In this document: one piece after another, positions 49,122 through 58,845 of the stretch | Layout of the letters: each line of letters begins with the position of its first letter | Numbering within the stretch: the stretch's first letter is position 1 | Origin: an uncultured bacterium | GTDB lineage: Bacteria; JAGOEH01 | DNA: 64,000 nt | Direction of reading: 5' to 3' | Assembly (NCBI GenBank): GCA_964632485.1 | Contig: CAZWDO010000002.1 | Coordinates: 124,001-188,000 of the forward strand | Made by a program: the position numbers and the translations under genes | The notes under the pieces: model-generated | Told to the model about the DNA's origin: nothing | Database searches by the model: none | Seen by the model: only the letters and a program-made list of their open reading frames with translations

Positions 49122-50228
49122 TTATTCCTCTTTGACACGTCGGAAGAAGGGAACTTCCAACGAATAAACTTTGTAGCATGACAGGGGATCGTGATTAAAA
49201 ATCCCTTTTCCCATTCCATAGGGAACCGCGGGACATCCTCCCGTGCATAATATGTTGTATTCACAGTTTTTACAGTCTTCAAATTCTGCCAGTGTAATAT
49301 TCATACGCTTGCGAAATTCATTGAGAAGAGGCGAATTGAGCCAGATATCCTTAAAGGTTTGATTGCGGATATTGCCGCATACCATGTGACTTAACCGATC
49401 GCAGGGGGTAACGTTTCCCTCGAAACGAATGGTGACTTCATTTCGGACTGAACCGCATCCGGTAACAAACCGAGGTGGAATATTTTTACCCTTCAGTCCC
49501 TCATAACGTTGACTAAAATCCTTGAACATGGTATGAGTATCTAAAACGGTCCCCGATACAATCTGATATTTTTCCTGGAGTTCAACCAATTCTTCCGATA
49601 ACTGGCGTCGTTCTTCATCATCCAATGCCAATTCACGGAAAAAAATATCCGCATTTCCGCCACCAATCATAAAATTGAATTTGATCCCGCCACAAGGCCA
49701 TTTTTTTACCATTTTAATCATGTTTTCAATATCCTGGTAATTGTGGCGGGTCACTGTACAGTAGAAAGAAACTCGATGACGGTTATACTTGATTAAATAG
49801 TGTATTCCTCGCATAGCGGATTCAAAGGTATTCTTCCCGCGCATTTTTTCATAGGTCTCGCCATCTGAACCATCCAGGCTGACTAAAATATTACCAATTT
49901 TGGGATATTCTCCGATTCTCCGGGCGGCGGATTCGTCAACTAACGTCGCATTTGTATTAATATCCATCCAGAAATGGCGGGATTGTATATAATCAAATAA
50001 TTCAAAGATATCTTCGCGCACAAACGGTTCACCTCCGCTGATGCGCATACGAAAGACTTTTAGTTCTTCCAATTCATCAAAAAAATGCTTCCATTCGCTG
50101 GTAGTGAGTTCATATAAATGTCTGTTTTGGTGGTCGCCGACATTGCAATGTTTGCACGACATATTGCACCGACCTGTAATAGCAATGAAAACAGAAGTCG
50201 GGGCACTGATTACATGGAGAATTTTCAT
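49122..50228 (-). CDS. Radical SAM/SPASM protein, SynChlorMet ScmE-like
   Basis: ITGRCNMSCKHC, SGGEPF, SLDG and SPASM GCG..VTPC..CKNC..CTGGCPA..C. Confidence 0.82.
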   Translation of the reverse strand: MKILHVISAPTSVFIAITGRCNMSCKHCNVGDHQNRHLYELTTSEWKHFFDELEELKVFRMRISGGEPFVREDIFELFDYIQSRHFWMDINTNATLVDESAARRIGEYPKIGNILVSLDGSDGETYEKMRGKNTFESAMRGIHYLIKYNRHRVSFYCTVTRHNYQDIENMIKMVKKWPCGGIKFNFMIGGGNADIFFRELALDDEERRQLSEELVELQEKYQIVSGTVLDTHTMFKDFSQRYEGLKGKNIPPRFVTGCGSVRNEVTIRFEGNVTPCDRLSHMVCGNIRNQTFKDIWLNSPLLNEFRKRMNITLAEFEDCKNCEYNILCTGGCPAVPYGMGKGIFNHDPLSCYKVYSLEVPFFRRVKEE

Positions 50229-50235
50229 GGTCGCT

Positions 50236-50535
50236 TCACTTTTTTATGATATAACCCTGGTCGGTTAATTGAGCTATAAATTTTTTTGCGTCATCTTCAA
50301 CACGAATACGGGCAACATCTTCAAAGGTATCCATCAGTTGATCAATCATTGCATGGAATGCGGAACCCTTTAAAAGTGATTGAATTATATCTCGTCCTGT
50401 TTCATTCACGGCTTTTAAGGCATTGGTTATAGTATTAAATAGAAATGCACCGTTATCTTCTTCCCGCAAGACAACATGCTCTGGAAGTATAAAAGTGTCC
50501 TCCTCTTTAATTATCATATCGGTGTTCTCAGCCAT
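50236..50535 (-). CDS. PqqD family RiPP recognition element (ScmD-like)
   Basis: VVLREED..AFLFN..VNETG..I..L..F....RVEDDAKKFIAQL...GYI. Confidence 0.85.
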   Translation of the reverse strand: MAENTDMIIKEEDTFILPEHVVLREEDNGAFLFNTITNALKAVNETGRDIIQSLLKGSAFHAMIDQLMDTFEDVARIRVEDDAKKFIAQLTDQGYIIKK

Positions 50536-50547
50536 GATTATTCCTTT

Positions 50548-50964
50548 CTAACCGTTTATTTCAATCAGGTTTTTTTTCCAAAGTGTACCTAAAGTCAATA
50601 AAATGTCTTCACTTGCCCGTTCTTTTTCAACTTCATATTCCACCATCATCGCATCGAGAAGATCTGAATAACGGCTGGTTTTTTTTAATCGGTTCCAAAT
50701 AAACCAGGCGCTTTCATTTAAAGCAAATTCAGGATAATAATACTGATTTAATAAATACACTTTTTTTCCAAAAAAAGTCAGCTCCCTAAGTTGAGTACGT
50801 GTTTTCCATCTGTGTGTCAAGAGAATATCGATCTCTTCCTTACTGAATTTCGTTCGCAGCTTTCGCAATCCCCAACCACGGAATGGTGTAACTAACACCG
50901 CAAAAAAAATTAAATTCAAAACCATGGATTTTAAAAATTTCCGGCGTGTTGTAAAACTTTGCAT
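50548..50964 (-). CDS. PqqD family protein with N-terminal twin-arginine signal or anchor
   Basis: TRRKFLK plus a hydrophobic segment; C-terminal FALNESAWFIWNRL..EYEVEKERASEDI...L..L...NLI. SD ggagg. Confidence 0.75.
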   Translation of the reverse strand: MQSFTTRRKFLKSMVLNLIFFAVLVTPFRGWGLRKLRTKFSKEEIDILLTHRWKTRTQLRELTFFGKKVYLLNQYYYPEFALNESAWFIWNRLKKTSRYSDLLDAMMVEYEVEKERASEDILLTLGTLWKKNLIEING

Positions 50965-51166
50965 TGGTCCCCTCCGGGATTAGTTTTAATGTAAATTAAT
51001 AAAAAAATCAATCGTTGTCAAGCAAAAAATCATATTTATATTTTTTTATTCTCTTTTGTCTCGTATTTATAAAGATTTAATGGATAAAACCCCGCCAGAT
51101 CTCGCATAGAAAATTATTTGTTCAAACTATCAATTTGAATTAGTTTTTGTTTTACCTGAAAACCAA

Positions 51167-51216
51167 ATTAAGGGTTTCTTAACCGAATCTTAACAATTGG
51201 TTTATTTTTAATTAAT
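51167..51216 (+). promoter_or_regulatory. Pho-box-like direct repeats upstream of pstS
   Basis: ATTAAG, CTTAAC, CTTAAC, GTTTAT and ATTAAT at exact 11-bp spacing (51167, 51178, 51189, 51200, 51211). Confidence 0.6.
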
Positions 51217-51264
51217 AATTAATGCGTATTATCAGAGCACAAACTTTATGAAAGGAAGGCCGAA

Positions 51265-52305
51265 ATGAAACGTAACAAAATGATTAGCTGGATAGCGCTT
51301 TTTATAGCGATTATTCCACTGACACTGCAAGCGCAAGATATGGAATTGTTAGGAGCCGGAGCTACTTTTCCGTATCCGTTGTATTCAAAAATTTTTGATG
51401 TGTATCATTCACTTAATTCAATGAAAGTGAATTATCAGGCGATCGGTTCAGGTGGGGGTGTTAAACAATTATTGTCTCAAACCGTGGATTTCGGGGCCAG
51501 TGATGCGTTCCTAAATGAAAATGAACTGGCTCAGTCTAAAACTCCGATACTACATATTCCGATTTGTATGGGGGCTGTTGTATTGACCTATAATCTTCCC
51601 GGCAATAGTGAATTAAAATTTTCTCCGGATATCATTGCTGATATTTTTCTGGGGAAAGTAACGAAATGGAACGATGCGCGACTGCAAAGCATCAATCCCG
51701 GCATCAAGTTGCCGTCAATGGATATCGTCATTGTCCATCGTTCAGACGGCAGTGGAACGACCTTTATTTTTAGTGATTATCTTTCAAAAGTGAGTTCCGA
51801 TTGGCAAAAGAAGGTCGGCGCCGGAAAAGCGTTAAATTGGCCGGCTGGATTAGGCGCTAAAGGCAATCCGGGAGTTGCCGGGATGATCAAACAATTGCCG
51901 GGTTCAATTGGTTATGTAGAGCTGATCTATGCATTGGAAAATAAAATGCCGATTGGTTCCATTAAAAATTCCAGCGGTCAATTTATTCAACCCACTATCC
52001 AATCCGTATCGTTGGCGGCTAATACTGATATTCCGGCGGATACGCGGGTCTCATTGACGAATACAACTGCCAAAGAAGGGTATCCGATTAGTGGTTTGAC
52101 ATGGATTCTTCTTTATCAGGAACAGAATTATAACAACCGATCCGCCCAACGCGCCACAAATTTGGCTAACCTTTTGTGGTGGATGGTACATGAAGGCCAG
52201 CAATATGCCCAACCTCTGCATTATGCGCCATTACCGGAAAAAATGGTAAAATTAACGGAAACGATTCTAAAAACTCTGACCTATCAAAAGAAACCATTAT
52301 TGTAG
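51265..52305 (+). CDS. pstS: Phosphate ABC transporter substrate-binding protein
   Basis: GAGATFPYPLY, YQAIGSGGG, DFGASD and HRSDGSGTT. Confidence 0.97.
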   Translation: MKRNKMISWIALFIAIIPLTLQAQDMELLGAGATFPYPLYSKIFDVYHSLNSMKVNYQAIGSGGGVKQLLSQTVDFGASDAFLNENELAQSKTPILHIPICMGAVVLTYNLPGNSELKFSPDIIADIFLGKVTKWNDARLQSINPGIKLPSMDIVIVHRSDGSGTTFIFSDYLSKVSSDWQKKVGAGKALNWPAGLGAKGNPGVAGMIKQLPGSIGYVELIYALENKMPIGSIKNSSGQFIQPTIQSVSLAANTDIPADTRVSLTNTTAKEGYPISGLTWILLYQEQNYNNRSAQRATNLANLLWWMVHEGQQYAQPLHYAPLPEKMVKLTETILKTLTYQKKPLL

Positions 52306-52409
52306 TATGAATTGCCATTTACTCTCTATCAGCAAAAGGTTAAACCAGGGTTTGATACCATCCCTGCATTTAAAAACAGCTTTAGCATTACGGCTTCAAG
52401 GCAGGTGAA

Positions 52410-53285
52410 ATGAATAAGGAACGCTTGTTTCGATTATCTTTATGGATAGCCGCATTATCCGTGGGATCAATTATTCTGCTGATTTTTTTATCAATCGTTT
52501 ATAATGCATTTCCCAGTCTGAAGAGTTTTGGATGGAATTTCCTGACGAGTAGCGTTTGGGACCCGGTAATGAGCGAATATGGCGCATTGCCATTTTTAAT
52601 CGGGACCTTGCTGACTTCCTTTATAGCGTTAATGATATCATTACCGTTTGCTTTATCGATTTCACTTTTTTTAGGTGAATATTATCTTCATGGCTGGGTT
52701 TCAGCTACTTTGAAAACCATGATTGAGTTATTGGCGGGAATTCCATCAGTGATTTATGGGTTTTGGGGTATCTTTGTGCTAGTTCCACTGATCCGAAGCT
52801 GGGAAATTAAGTTGGGTATTGCTCCTTATGGCGTTGGAATTTTTACTTCTTCGTTAATTTTGGCAGTGATGATTACTCCCTATTCCGCTTCAATAGCGCG
52901 TGAAATTATCAGTATGGTACCCAATGACCTGAAGGAAGCGGNNNNNNNNNNAACCCGCTATGAAGTGGTTCGGCATGTGGTAGTACCCTATGCTTATTCC
53001 GGTATTTTTGCCGGAATATTATTATCTTTGGGAAGAGCGTTAGGAGAAACCATGGCGGTTACTATGGTTATCGGCAACTCAAATTATATTCCCAAATCTA
53101 TTTTTTCTCCCGGAAATACGATTGCCAGTCTGATCGCCAATGAGTTTGCCGAAGCGTCCGACCCTATCCATCTATCAGCTTTAATCGAGATGGGAATGAT
53201 TCTTTTTCTGGTTACTACTGTAATAAATATTCTGGGCAAGTATATTATCAAAAAATTGGCAAATTCGCCGTCTCCTCACCCTTAA
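52410..53285 (+). CDS. pstC: Phosphate ABC transporter permease (spans an assembly gap)
   Basis: ELLAGIPSVIYG, GRALGETMAV and IANEFAEA. Confidence 0.95.
   Translation: MNKERLFRLSLWIAALSVGSIILLIFLSIVYNAFPSLKSFGWNFLTSSVWDPVMSEYGALPFLIGTLLTSFIALMISLPFALSISLFLGEYYLHGWVSATLKTMIELLAGIPSVIYGFWGIFVLVPLIRSWEIKLGIAPYGVGIFTSSLILAVMITPYSASIAREIISMVPNDLKEAXXXXTRYEVVRHVVVPYAYSGIFAGILLSLGRALGETMAVTMVIGNSNYIPKSIFSPGNTIASLIANEFAEASDPIHLSALIEMGMILFLVTTVINILGKYIIKKLANSPSPHP
52942..52951. other. Assembly gap (10 N)
   Basis: Run of N inside pstC. Confidence 1.
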
Positions 53286-53297
53286 CCAAAGGTTTTC

Positions 53298-54149
53298 ATG
53301 AGACTCCGTGAAAAATTGCTTTACCGCAAAATTAAAGATCATGGTTTTAAGATGATGATTTTTTTCTTTTCTTTTGCCATGACCATCCCTTTGGTAATGA
53401 TATTTTATTATATTATCGAAAAGGGAATCCACTCAATAAACTGGGATTTTATTATTAATCTGCCGGCCCCGGTAGGTGAATTGGGAGGGGGCATTAATAA
53501 TGCCATCATTGGCACTTTCCTGTTGATTTTTTTAGCTGTATTGATGTCGGTTCCACTGGGTATAGCCACGGGCATCTATCTTTCGGAATACCGAGAGGGA
53601 CGGTGGGCGTATGGGATTCGGTTGGGCGTGGAAATCCTTCAGGGTGTGCCCTCCATTGTAATCGGTTTGATTGCCTATATTTGGGTAGTGCGAACCATGA
53701 AGACGTTCTCCGCTTTTTCCGGCGGTGTCGCCCTGGCATTAATGATGCTGCCCGTGATCATTCGTTCTACCGAGGAGACTCTCAATCTGGTGCCGCATAG
53801 TCTCAAGGAAGCGTCCCTGGCCCTGGGAGTCCCTTATTACCGTACGATTATAAAGGTAATTGTACCGACCGGGATGAGTGGGATTATTACCGGTATTTTA
53901 ATCAGTATCGCCCGTGTGAGCGGTGAAACCGCGCCTCTGTTGTTTACGGCTTTCGGCAACCAGTTTATGAACTACAATATTTTAAAGCCGATCAATTCTC
54001 TGCCCCATGTGATCTTTAATTATGCCACCAGCCCTTATCCCGAATGGCATGCCCTGGCCTGGGGAGCGTCCCTGATTTTAATTGTCTTTGTACTTATTCT
54101 CAATCTGATTGCCAAGATAGGAATGCGACGATGGAACGTGCGATTTTAG
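53298..54149 (+). CDS. pstA: Phosphate ABC transporter permease
   Basis: [15 protein letters not shown] and [13 protein letters not shown]. Confidence 0.95.
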   Translation: MRLREKLLYRKIKDHGFKMMIFFFSFAMTIPLVMIFYYIIEKGIHSINWDFIINLPAPVGELGGGINNAIIGTFLLIFLAVLMSVPLGIATGIYLSEYREGRWAYGIRLGVEILQGVPSIVIGLIAYIWVVRTMKTFSAFSGGVALALMMLPVIIRSTEETLNLVPHSLKEASLALGVPYYRTIIKVIVPTGMSGIITGILISIARVSGETAPLLFTAFGNQFMNYNILKPINSLPHVIFNYATSPYPEWHALAWGASLILIVFVLILNLIAKIGMRRWNVRF

Positions 54150-54889
54150 CAATTCAAGACCTTAAGGTCTTTTATAATAATCAACTGGCTCTAAACGATA
54201 TCAGCTTAAAAATCAACCGGAACCAGGTAACCGCTATCATGGGCCCTTCCGGTTGCGGGAAGACAACATTATTGCGATGTATCAATCGGCTTCATGAACT
54301 CACTCCGGGTGTGCGCGTGGAAGGGCATATTATATTAAATTCGCTGGACCTGTTCAGTATTGATGCGATTCAGGTCCGGCGGAAAATTGGTATGGTCTTC
54401 CAACGCCCCAACCCTTTTCCCATGATGAGCATTTATGAAAACGTATTAGCCGGATATCATCTGAATGGGATTAAACTTAAAAAAAGTCAATCCGATAAAA
54501 TCGTGGAAGAATCTCTTCGAAAAGCGGCATTGTGGAACGAAGTTGAGACTCATTTGCATCGAAAGGGAACTTTTTTATCCGGTGGCCAGCAACAACGACT
54601 TTGTATTGCCCGCGCTTTAGCTATGCAGCCTGAGATCATGCTTCTTGACGAACCGACTTCTGCGCTTGATCCCAAGGCCACCGCTTATATCGAAGAATTA
54701 ATTATTGAATTAAAAAAAGAGGTTACGATTATTCTGGTCACTCATAATATCGCCCAGGCAGCCCGAGTGTCTGACAATACGATTTTTCTTTATTTGGGCG
54801 AATTGGTGGAGGCCGGCCCGACGGAAAAACTTTTTACCGTACCCAAGGATAAACGAACCGAAGAATATCTTACCGGAAAGTTTGGATAA
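54131..54889 (+). CDS. pstB: Phosphate ABC transporter ATP-binding protein
   Basis: [30 protein letters not shown] and YLTGKFG. Real start is probably ATG 54131. Confidence 0.96.
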   Translation: MERAILAIQDLKVFYNNQLALNDISLKINRNQVTAIMGPSGCGKTTLLRCINRLHELTPGVRVEGHIILNSLDLFSIDAIQVRRKIGMVFQRPNPFPMMSIYENVLAGYHLNGIKLKKSQSDKIVEESLRKAALWNEVETHLHRKGTFLSGGQQQRLCIARALAMQPEIMLLDEPTSALDPKATAYIEELIIELKKEVTIILVTHNIAQAARVSDNTIFLYLGELVEAGPTEKLFTVPKDKRTEEYLTGKFG

Positions 54890-54897
54890 GGAAAGGA

Positions 54898-55560
54898 ATG
54901 GAAATGCTGGATGATAAATTAAATTGGCTGAAAAGTGAAGTTGTCAAATTTGCGATGCATGTGGAACACATGATTGAAAAGTCGATTACTGCGCTCGCCG
55001 AAAATAATAAGGAGATGCTGCTGGATGTCATCGAACGGGACGAAGCTGAAGCCAACCGGCTTGAACTTGAATTTGATGAAGCTTGTATTGGCATGATCGC
55101 GCAGTTTGAACCCAAAGCAAAACAATTGCGATTGATTATGATGGTGAACAAAACCAGCGCTGATTTGGAACGCATGGCCGATCATGGGGTCAATATCGCT
55201 CAAAGCGCGCTGCGTCTGCTCGATCTTCCACCGGTAAAACCCTTTATCGATCTACCGCGTATGGCCCAGTTAACCATCAAGATGCTCAAGGATTCGATCA
55301 TGGCCTTTATCAATGAGGATTGTAATCTGGCCCATGATATCTGTCAGCGGGACAGCATTATTGACGCGGTCCGCGATCAGAACATCCGTGTATTGATTAC
55401 GTATATGATTTCCAAGCCCAGCACCATTGAAACTTCGTTGGAATTACTCACTATCTCACGCAATTTGGAACGGATTGCCGATCTGACTACAAATATCTGC
55501 GAGGAAATTATTTTTATTGTCGATGGCACCAATATCAAACACCAGCAATCTTCCGATTAA
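54898..55560 (+). CDS. phoU: Phosphate signalling complex protein PhoU
   Basis: DLERMADH and RNLERIADL..NICE, downstream of pstB. Confidence 0.95.
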   Translation: MEMLDDKLNWLKSEVVKFAMHVEHMIEKSITALAENNKEMLLDVIERDEAEANRLELEFDEACIGMIAQFEPKAKQLRLIMMVNKTSADLERMADHGVNIAQSALRLLDLPPVKPFIDLPRMAQLTIKMLKDSIMAFINEDCNLAHDICQRDSIIDAVRDQNIRVLITYMISKPSTIETSLELLTISRNLERIADLTTNICEEIIFIVDGTNIKHQQSSD

Positions 55561-55565
55561 ATAGT

Positions 55566-57398
55566 ATGAGTATCGAACGGGAACTATTCTGGAAACAGGT
55601 CGTTGATCAGGTAGATTTTGCGTTTCAGCCTATTGTCAATATTCATACTGGTATAACTCTGGGGTTTGAAGTACTTCTCCGTCGATACGAATGCGCCGGA
55701 TTCAAATCGATTCAGGCCGTGTTCGATCAGGCCTATCAGGATAAAATGCTTTATTATTTTGATTTAATGTTGCGGGAAAAAGTGGTTGCCATATTTTCAA
55801 AATTTTCGTTTGCCCCCCGAACTAAAATTTTTTATAATCTCGATAACCGTGTATTGATGATGCCGGATTTCAGCAGGGGAAATACTACAAAAATATTGAA
55901 TCAGTTTAAATTGACTCCAATTTCAATCTGTTTCGAAATTTCAGAGCGGCATGAAGTGCAATATTCGGTAGAATCTCAGGCTATTTTAGAATATTACAAA
56001 CGGGAATCCTTCAAGATTGCTATTGATGATTTTGGAACTGGATATTCCGGGTTGCAATTGCTTTATCATTCTGAACCCGATTTTGTTAAAATCGATCGAT
56101 TCTTTATTGCCAATATCTTTGCGGATTCAAAAAAGAAATTGTTTGTCTCAAAGGTTTTAAATCTTGCTCATATTTTGGGTATTATGGTCATCGCCGAAGG
56201 AATCGAAACGGAAGAAGAGTTTTATGTCTGTAAGGATATCGGGTGCGACTTTGCCCAAGGGTACCTGATTCAAAAACCAACGTTGAATCATGCTGAATTG
56301 TCGGTTAAATACGATATCGTGCAATTGATGATACAAGCTGACCGACGAGAGCAACAGATTGATAAAAAACTGATATTTAATCAATTGGAAAAAATTCCTT
56401 CTATAATCTATCACGATACCGATATCTCATACGTATTTGATTTTTTTCGCAATAATAAAGAATACTCTTTTTTCCCGGTGATCAACGATGACGAGGAACC
56501 ATTAGGGATTGTTAGAGAAAAGAATCTTAAAGAATATGTCTATTCGAAATATGGCAAGGATCTGCTTTTAAACAAGACCTTTGGTAAAAAAATCAATGAC
56601 TTCATTCATCGTATTCCGGTGGCGGACATCAAGACGCGCATTGAGAATATTCTTGAGATATTCTCGATGGATGATAATTCCGAGGGAATTATACTAACAG
56701 AAAATGGACGCTATGTTGGATTTCTCAGCGCCAAAGCTATTCTAAAAGTTGTCAATGATAAAAATTTGGCTCTTGCCAGGGATTTGAATCCATTGACAAA
56801 GCTGCCCGGAAACACCCTGATTAATCAATTCTTATCAAAGATATTCGATCAATTAAACACCAGTTTCAGTATTGTTTATTTTGATTTTGATTATTTCAAA
56901 CCCTTCAACGATTTATATGGGTTTAGACAAGGTGATCGAGCTATTTATTTATTTTCTGATTTATTGCGAGGACATGCTAAGGAGAAGAATCGGTTTTGCG
57001 GTCACATTGGGGGTGATGATTTTTTTCTGGGGATTGAATACCTTCAAAATGGGCAATATTTTCAACCGCTCAATGAGGAAATCCAAGCTATTTGCCTGCG
57101 CTTTGCGCAAGATGTTCGCAGTATGTATTCAATTGAAGATNNNNNNNNNNCGCGTGGCTTTATTGTGTCCCAGGACCGCGAGGGTCGGGTGAGCAATTTC
57201 CCTTTATTGACTGTGAGCGCGGTTATCATCCACCTCCCCGTATGCGAACGAAATTTTTCAATGGATAATCTTGTTAAATTAATCGCACAGTTGAAAAAAC
57301 GAGTTAAAAGCAGTGATCAATCAGTGATTGTAGCGGAAGTCCATTCACTTGAAGAAAAAATTTGGGATGGTAAAACTCAGCTCAATTTATGTCCATGA
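55566..57398 (+). CDS. EAL-CBS-GGDEF cyclic di-GMP phosphodiesterase/cyclase (spans an assembly gap)
   Basis: FQPIV, EVLLR, IAIDDFGTGYS, AEGIE and QGY; CBS-like middle; NPLTKLPGN, FKPFND.YG and GHIGGDDF. Confidence 0.9.
   Translation: MSIERELFWKQVVDQVDFAFQPIVNIHTGITLGFEVLLRRYECAGFKSIQAVFDQAYQDKMLYYFDLMLREKVVAIFSKFSFAPRTKIFYNLDNRVLMMPDFSRGNTTKILNQFKLTPISICFEISERHEVQYSVESQAILEYYKRESFKIAIDDFGTGYSGLQLLYHSEPDFVKIDRFFIANIFADSKKKLFVSKVLNLAHILGIMVIAEGIETEEEFYVCKDIGCDFAQGYLIQKPTLNHAELSVKYDIVQLMIQADRREQQIDKKLIFNQLEKIPSIIYHDTDISYVFDFFRNNKEYSFFPVINDDEEPLGIVREKNLKEYVYSKYGKDLLLNKTFGKKINDFIHRIPVADIKTRIENILEIFSMDDNSEGIILTENGRYVGFLSAKAILKVVNDKNLALARDLNPLTKLPGNTLINQFLSKIFDQLNTSFSIVYFDFDYFKPFNDLYGFRQGDRAIYLFSDLLRGHAKEKNRFCGHIGGDDFFLGIEYLQNGQYFQPLNEEIQAICLRFAQDVRSMYSIEDXXXXRGFIVSQDREGRVSNFPLLTVSAVIIHLPVCERNFSMDNLVKLIAQLKKRVKSSDQSVIVAEVHSLEEKIWDGKTQLNLCP
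57141..57150. other. Assembly gap (10 N)
   Basis: Run of N. Confidence 1.
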
Positions 57399-58145
57399 AG
57401 TGGTAACCGGTTGCCAATCAATGATATTAAAAGCTTCAGCGAAACCGTTTTTCAAACTATTAAAGAGGTCTGACGGGTGGGCGGGATCGAATTTTTTCTG
57501 CGACGCTTCATTGAGACTAGCGGTATGGGTTTCATAAAAGAGCTTAAGACGGATTTTTTTTTCCGGGGGTTCATTCAGGTATGTGAAAATATTTTGGTGC
57601 TCAGCCGTAATCGGGATGCTTCCATGTTGGAGAATAGCTCTTTGCCCCACACGTTGAGCGCTTCCAACAAGTTTTTTAGAAGCGATTTTAAGCTCCCAAC
57701 GCGCGCTGGATGAAAAACAGGTTTTTGGAATCTCGCCTTGAATGGTTTTTGTAAATTTATTTTGTTCAAATTGGCTGTCAATATCTAAATTTAATAACCC
57801 TTTATGGAGCGCCTGGTGGATCCACTCATATATTTGCTGGGGGGAATTGTTTACCAGAGGAGTAATTACGCTGTAAGTAATATCCTGAGAATGGAATACC
57901 GCACGGCCGCCTGTAGGACGACGAACAATCGATATTCCATTACGCGCAATTTTAGTCAGATCAAAATCGCTTATCTTCTGGTGATAGCCGATCGATATCG
58001 TTGGCGTGCGCCATGTATAAAGTCTGAGCAGGGGAGTAGTCAGCCATTCCGCTTCCATTTGCTGCCAGATCAACCGGTCAAAAAACATAGACCAATCGGC
58101 TGGATAGTTTTCTATAATCTGGAATAACCAGGGTTGATCAAACAT
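57387..58145 (-). CDS. Lipoate-protein ligase family protein (LipM/LplA-like octanoyltransferase)
   Basis: LRLYTW..PTISIG, VRRPTGGRAVFH, CF, KKLVGSAQ and LQHGSI. Confidence 0.88.
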   Translation of the reverse strand: MFDQPWLFQIIENYPADWSMFFDRLIWQQMEAEWLTTPLLRLYTWRTPTISIGYHQKISDFDLTKIARNGISIVRRPTGGRAVFHSQDITYSVITPLVNNSPQQIYEWIHQALHKGLLNLDIDSQFEQNKFTKTIQGEIPKTCFSSSARWELKIASKKLVGSAQRVGQRAILQHGSIPITAEHQNIFTYLNEPPEKKIRLKLFYETHTASLNEASQKKFDPAHPSDLFNSLKNGFAEAFNIIDWQPVTTSWT

Positions 58146-58845
58146 CCTCAATCAAACCCAATTGGAATAGCGCCGCTTTAGCGGCATTTTGTTGCGCCAT
58201 TTTTTTAGAATTGCCACTGCCGACTGCGAGAGGCGAATCGCCAATGCTGACTTGAATTTCAAAAAGTTTATCGTGATCAGGTCCATTTTCCTTAATGACT
58301 ATATAAGAGGGAGATTTTTTAAGTTTTCCCTGAAAAAATTCTTGTAATCGGCTTTTATAATTGAAATAATCAGTGTCTTGCAGGAATGAACGATGATGAT
58401 TGATTAAGGTGTGTCGTAAAAACGTATAGACGGGGGTTAACCCGCTATCGAGATAAATAGCCCCCACCAAAGCTTCAAATACATTTGCCAGAATCGATAC
58501 TCGATCCCGTCCACCCGTCATATGTTCCCCTTCGGATAAGAGAACATACGACTGGAGACGATTCATTTTCATCATTTCCGCCAATACCTGCCGGCTGACC
58601 AGGATGGCTTTCATTTTGGATAACTGACCTTCGGGTTTATCCGGGTATTCCTGAAAAAGGTATTCCGATACGATGAAGTTCAGCAACGCATCTCCCAGGA
58701 ATTCCAATCGTTCATTGTGAGACTGGCCATCTTTCAACTGCATAGAAAGGGATCGATGGGTCAAAGCCTGTATCAACAGATCCTGTTGGGCGAAATGAAA
58801 GCCTAATTTCTGCTGGCAGAAAAGCAATTGCTCATCATTCAGCAT
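58138..58845 (-). CDS. rnc: Ribonuclease III
   Basis: QALTHRS, NERLEFLGDA, FEALVGAIYLD and dsRBD. Confidence 0.97.
   Translation of the reverse strand: MLNDEQLLFCQQKLGFHFAQQDLLIQALTHRSLSMQLKDGQSHNERLEFLGDALLNFIVSEYLFQEYPDKPEGQLSKMKAILVSRQVLAEMMKMNRLQSYVLLSEGEHMTGGRDRVSILANVFEALVGAIYLDSGLTPVYTFLRHTLINHHRSFLQDTDYFNYKSRLQEFFQGKLKKSPSYIVIKENGPDHDKLFEIQVSIGDSPLAVGSGNSKKMAQQNAAKAALFQLGLIEDV

Noticed and set aside
49121-49282. 54-aa N-terminal extension of the ScmF-like ORF in the track
   Set aside because: It overlaps the upstream rSAM gene, and an SD-led ATG at 49120 is the better start.
52942-52951. Apparent short deletion in PstC at the EAA loop, and the X runs in the EAL/GGDEF protein
   Set aside because: Both coincide with 10-N assembly gaps of unknown true length.
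54044-54130. N-terminal extension of pstB
   Set aside because: It lies inside pstA, and PstB similarity begins at ATG 54131.
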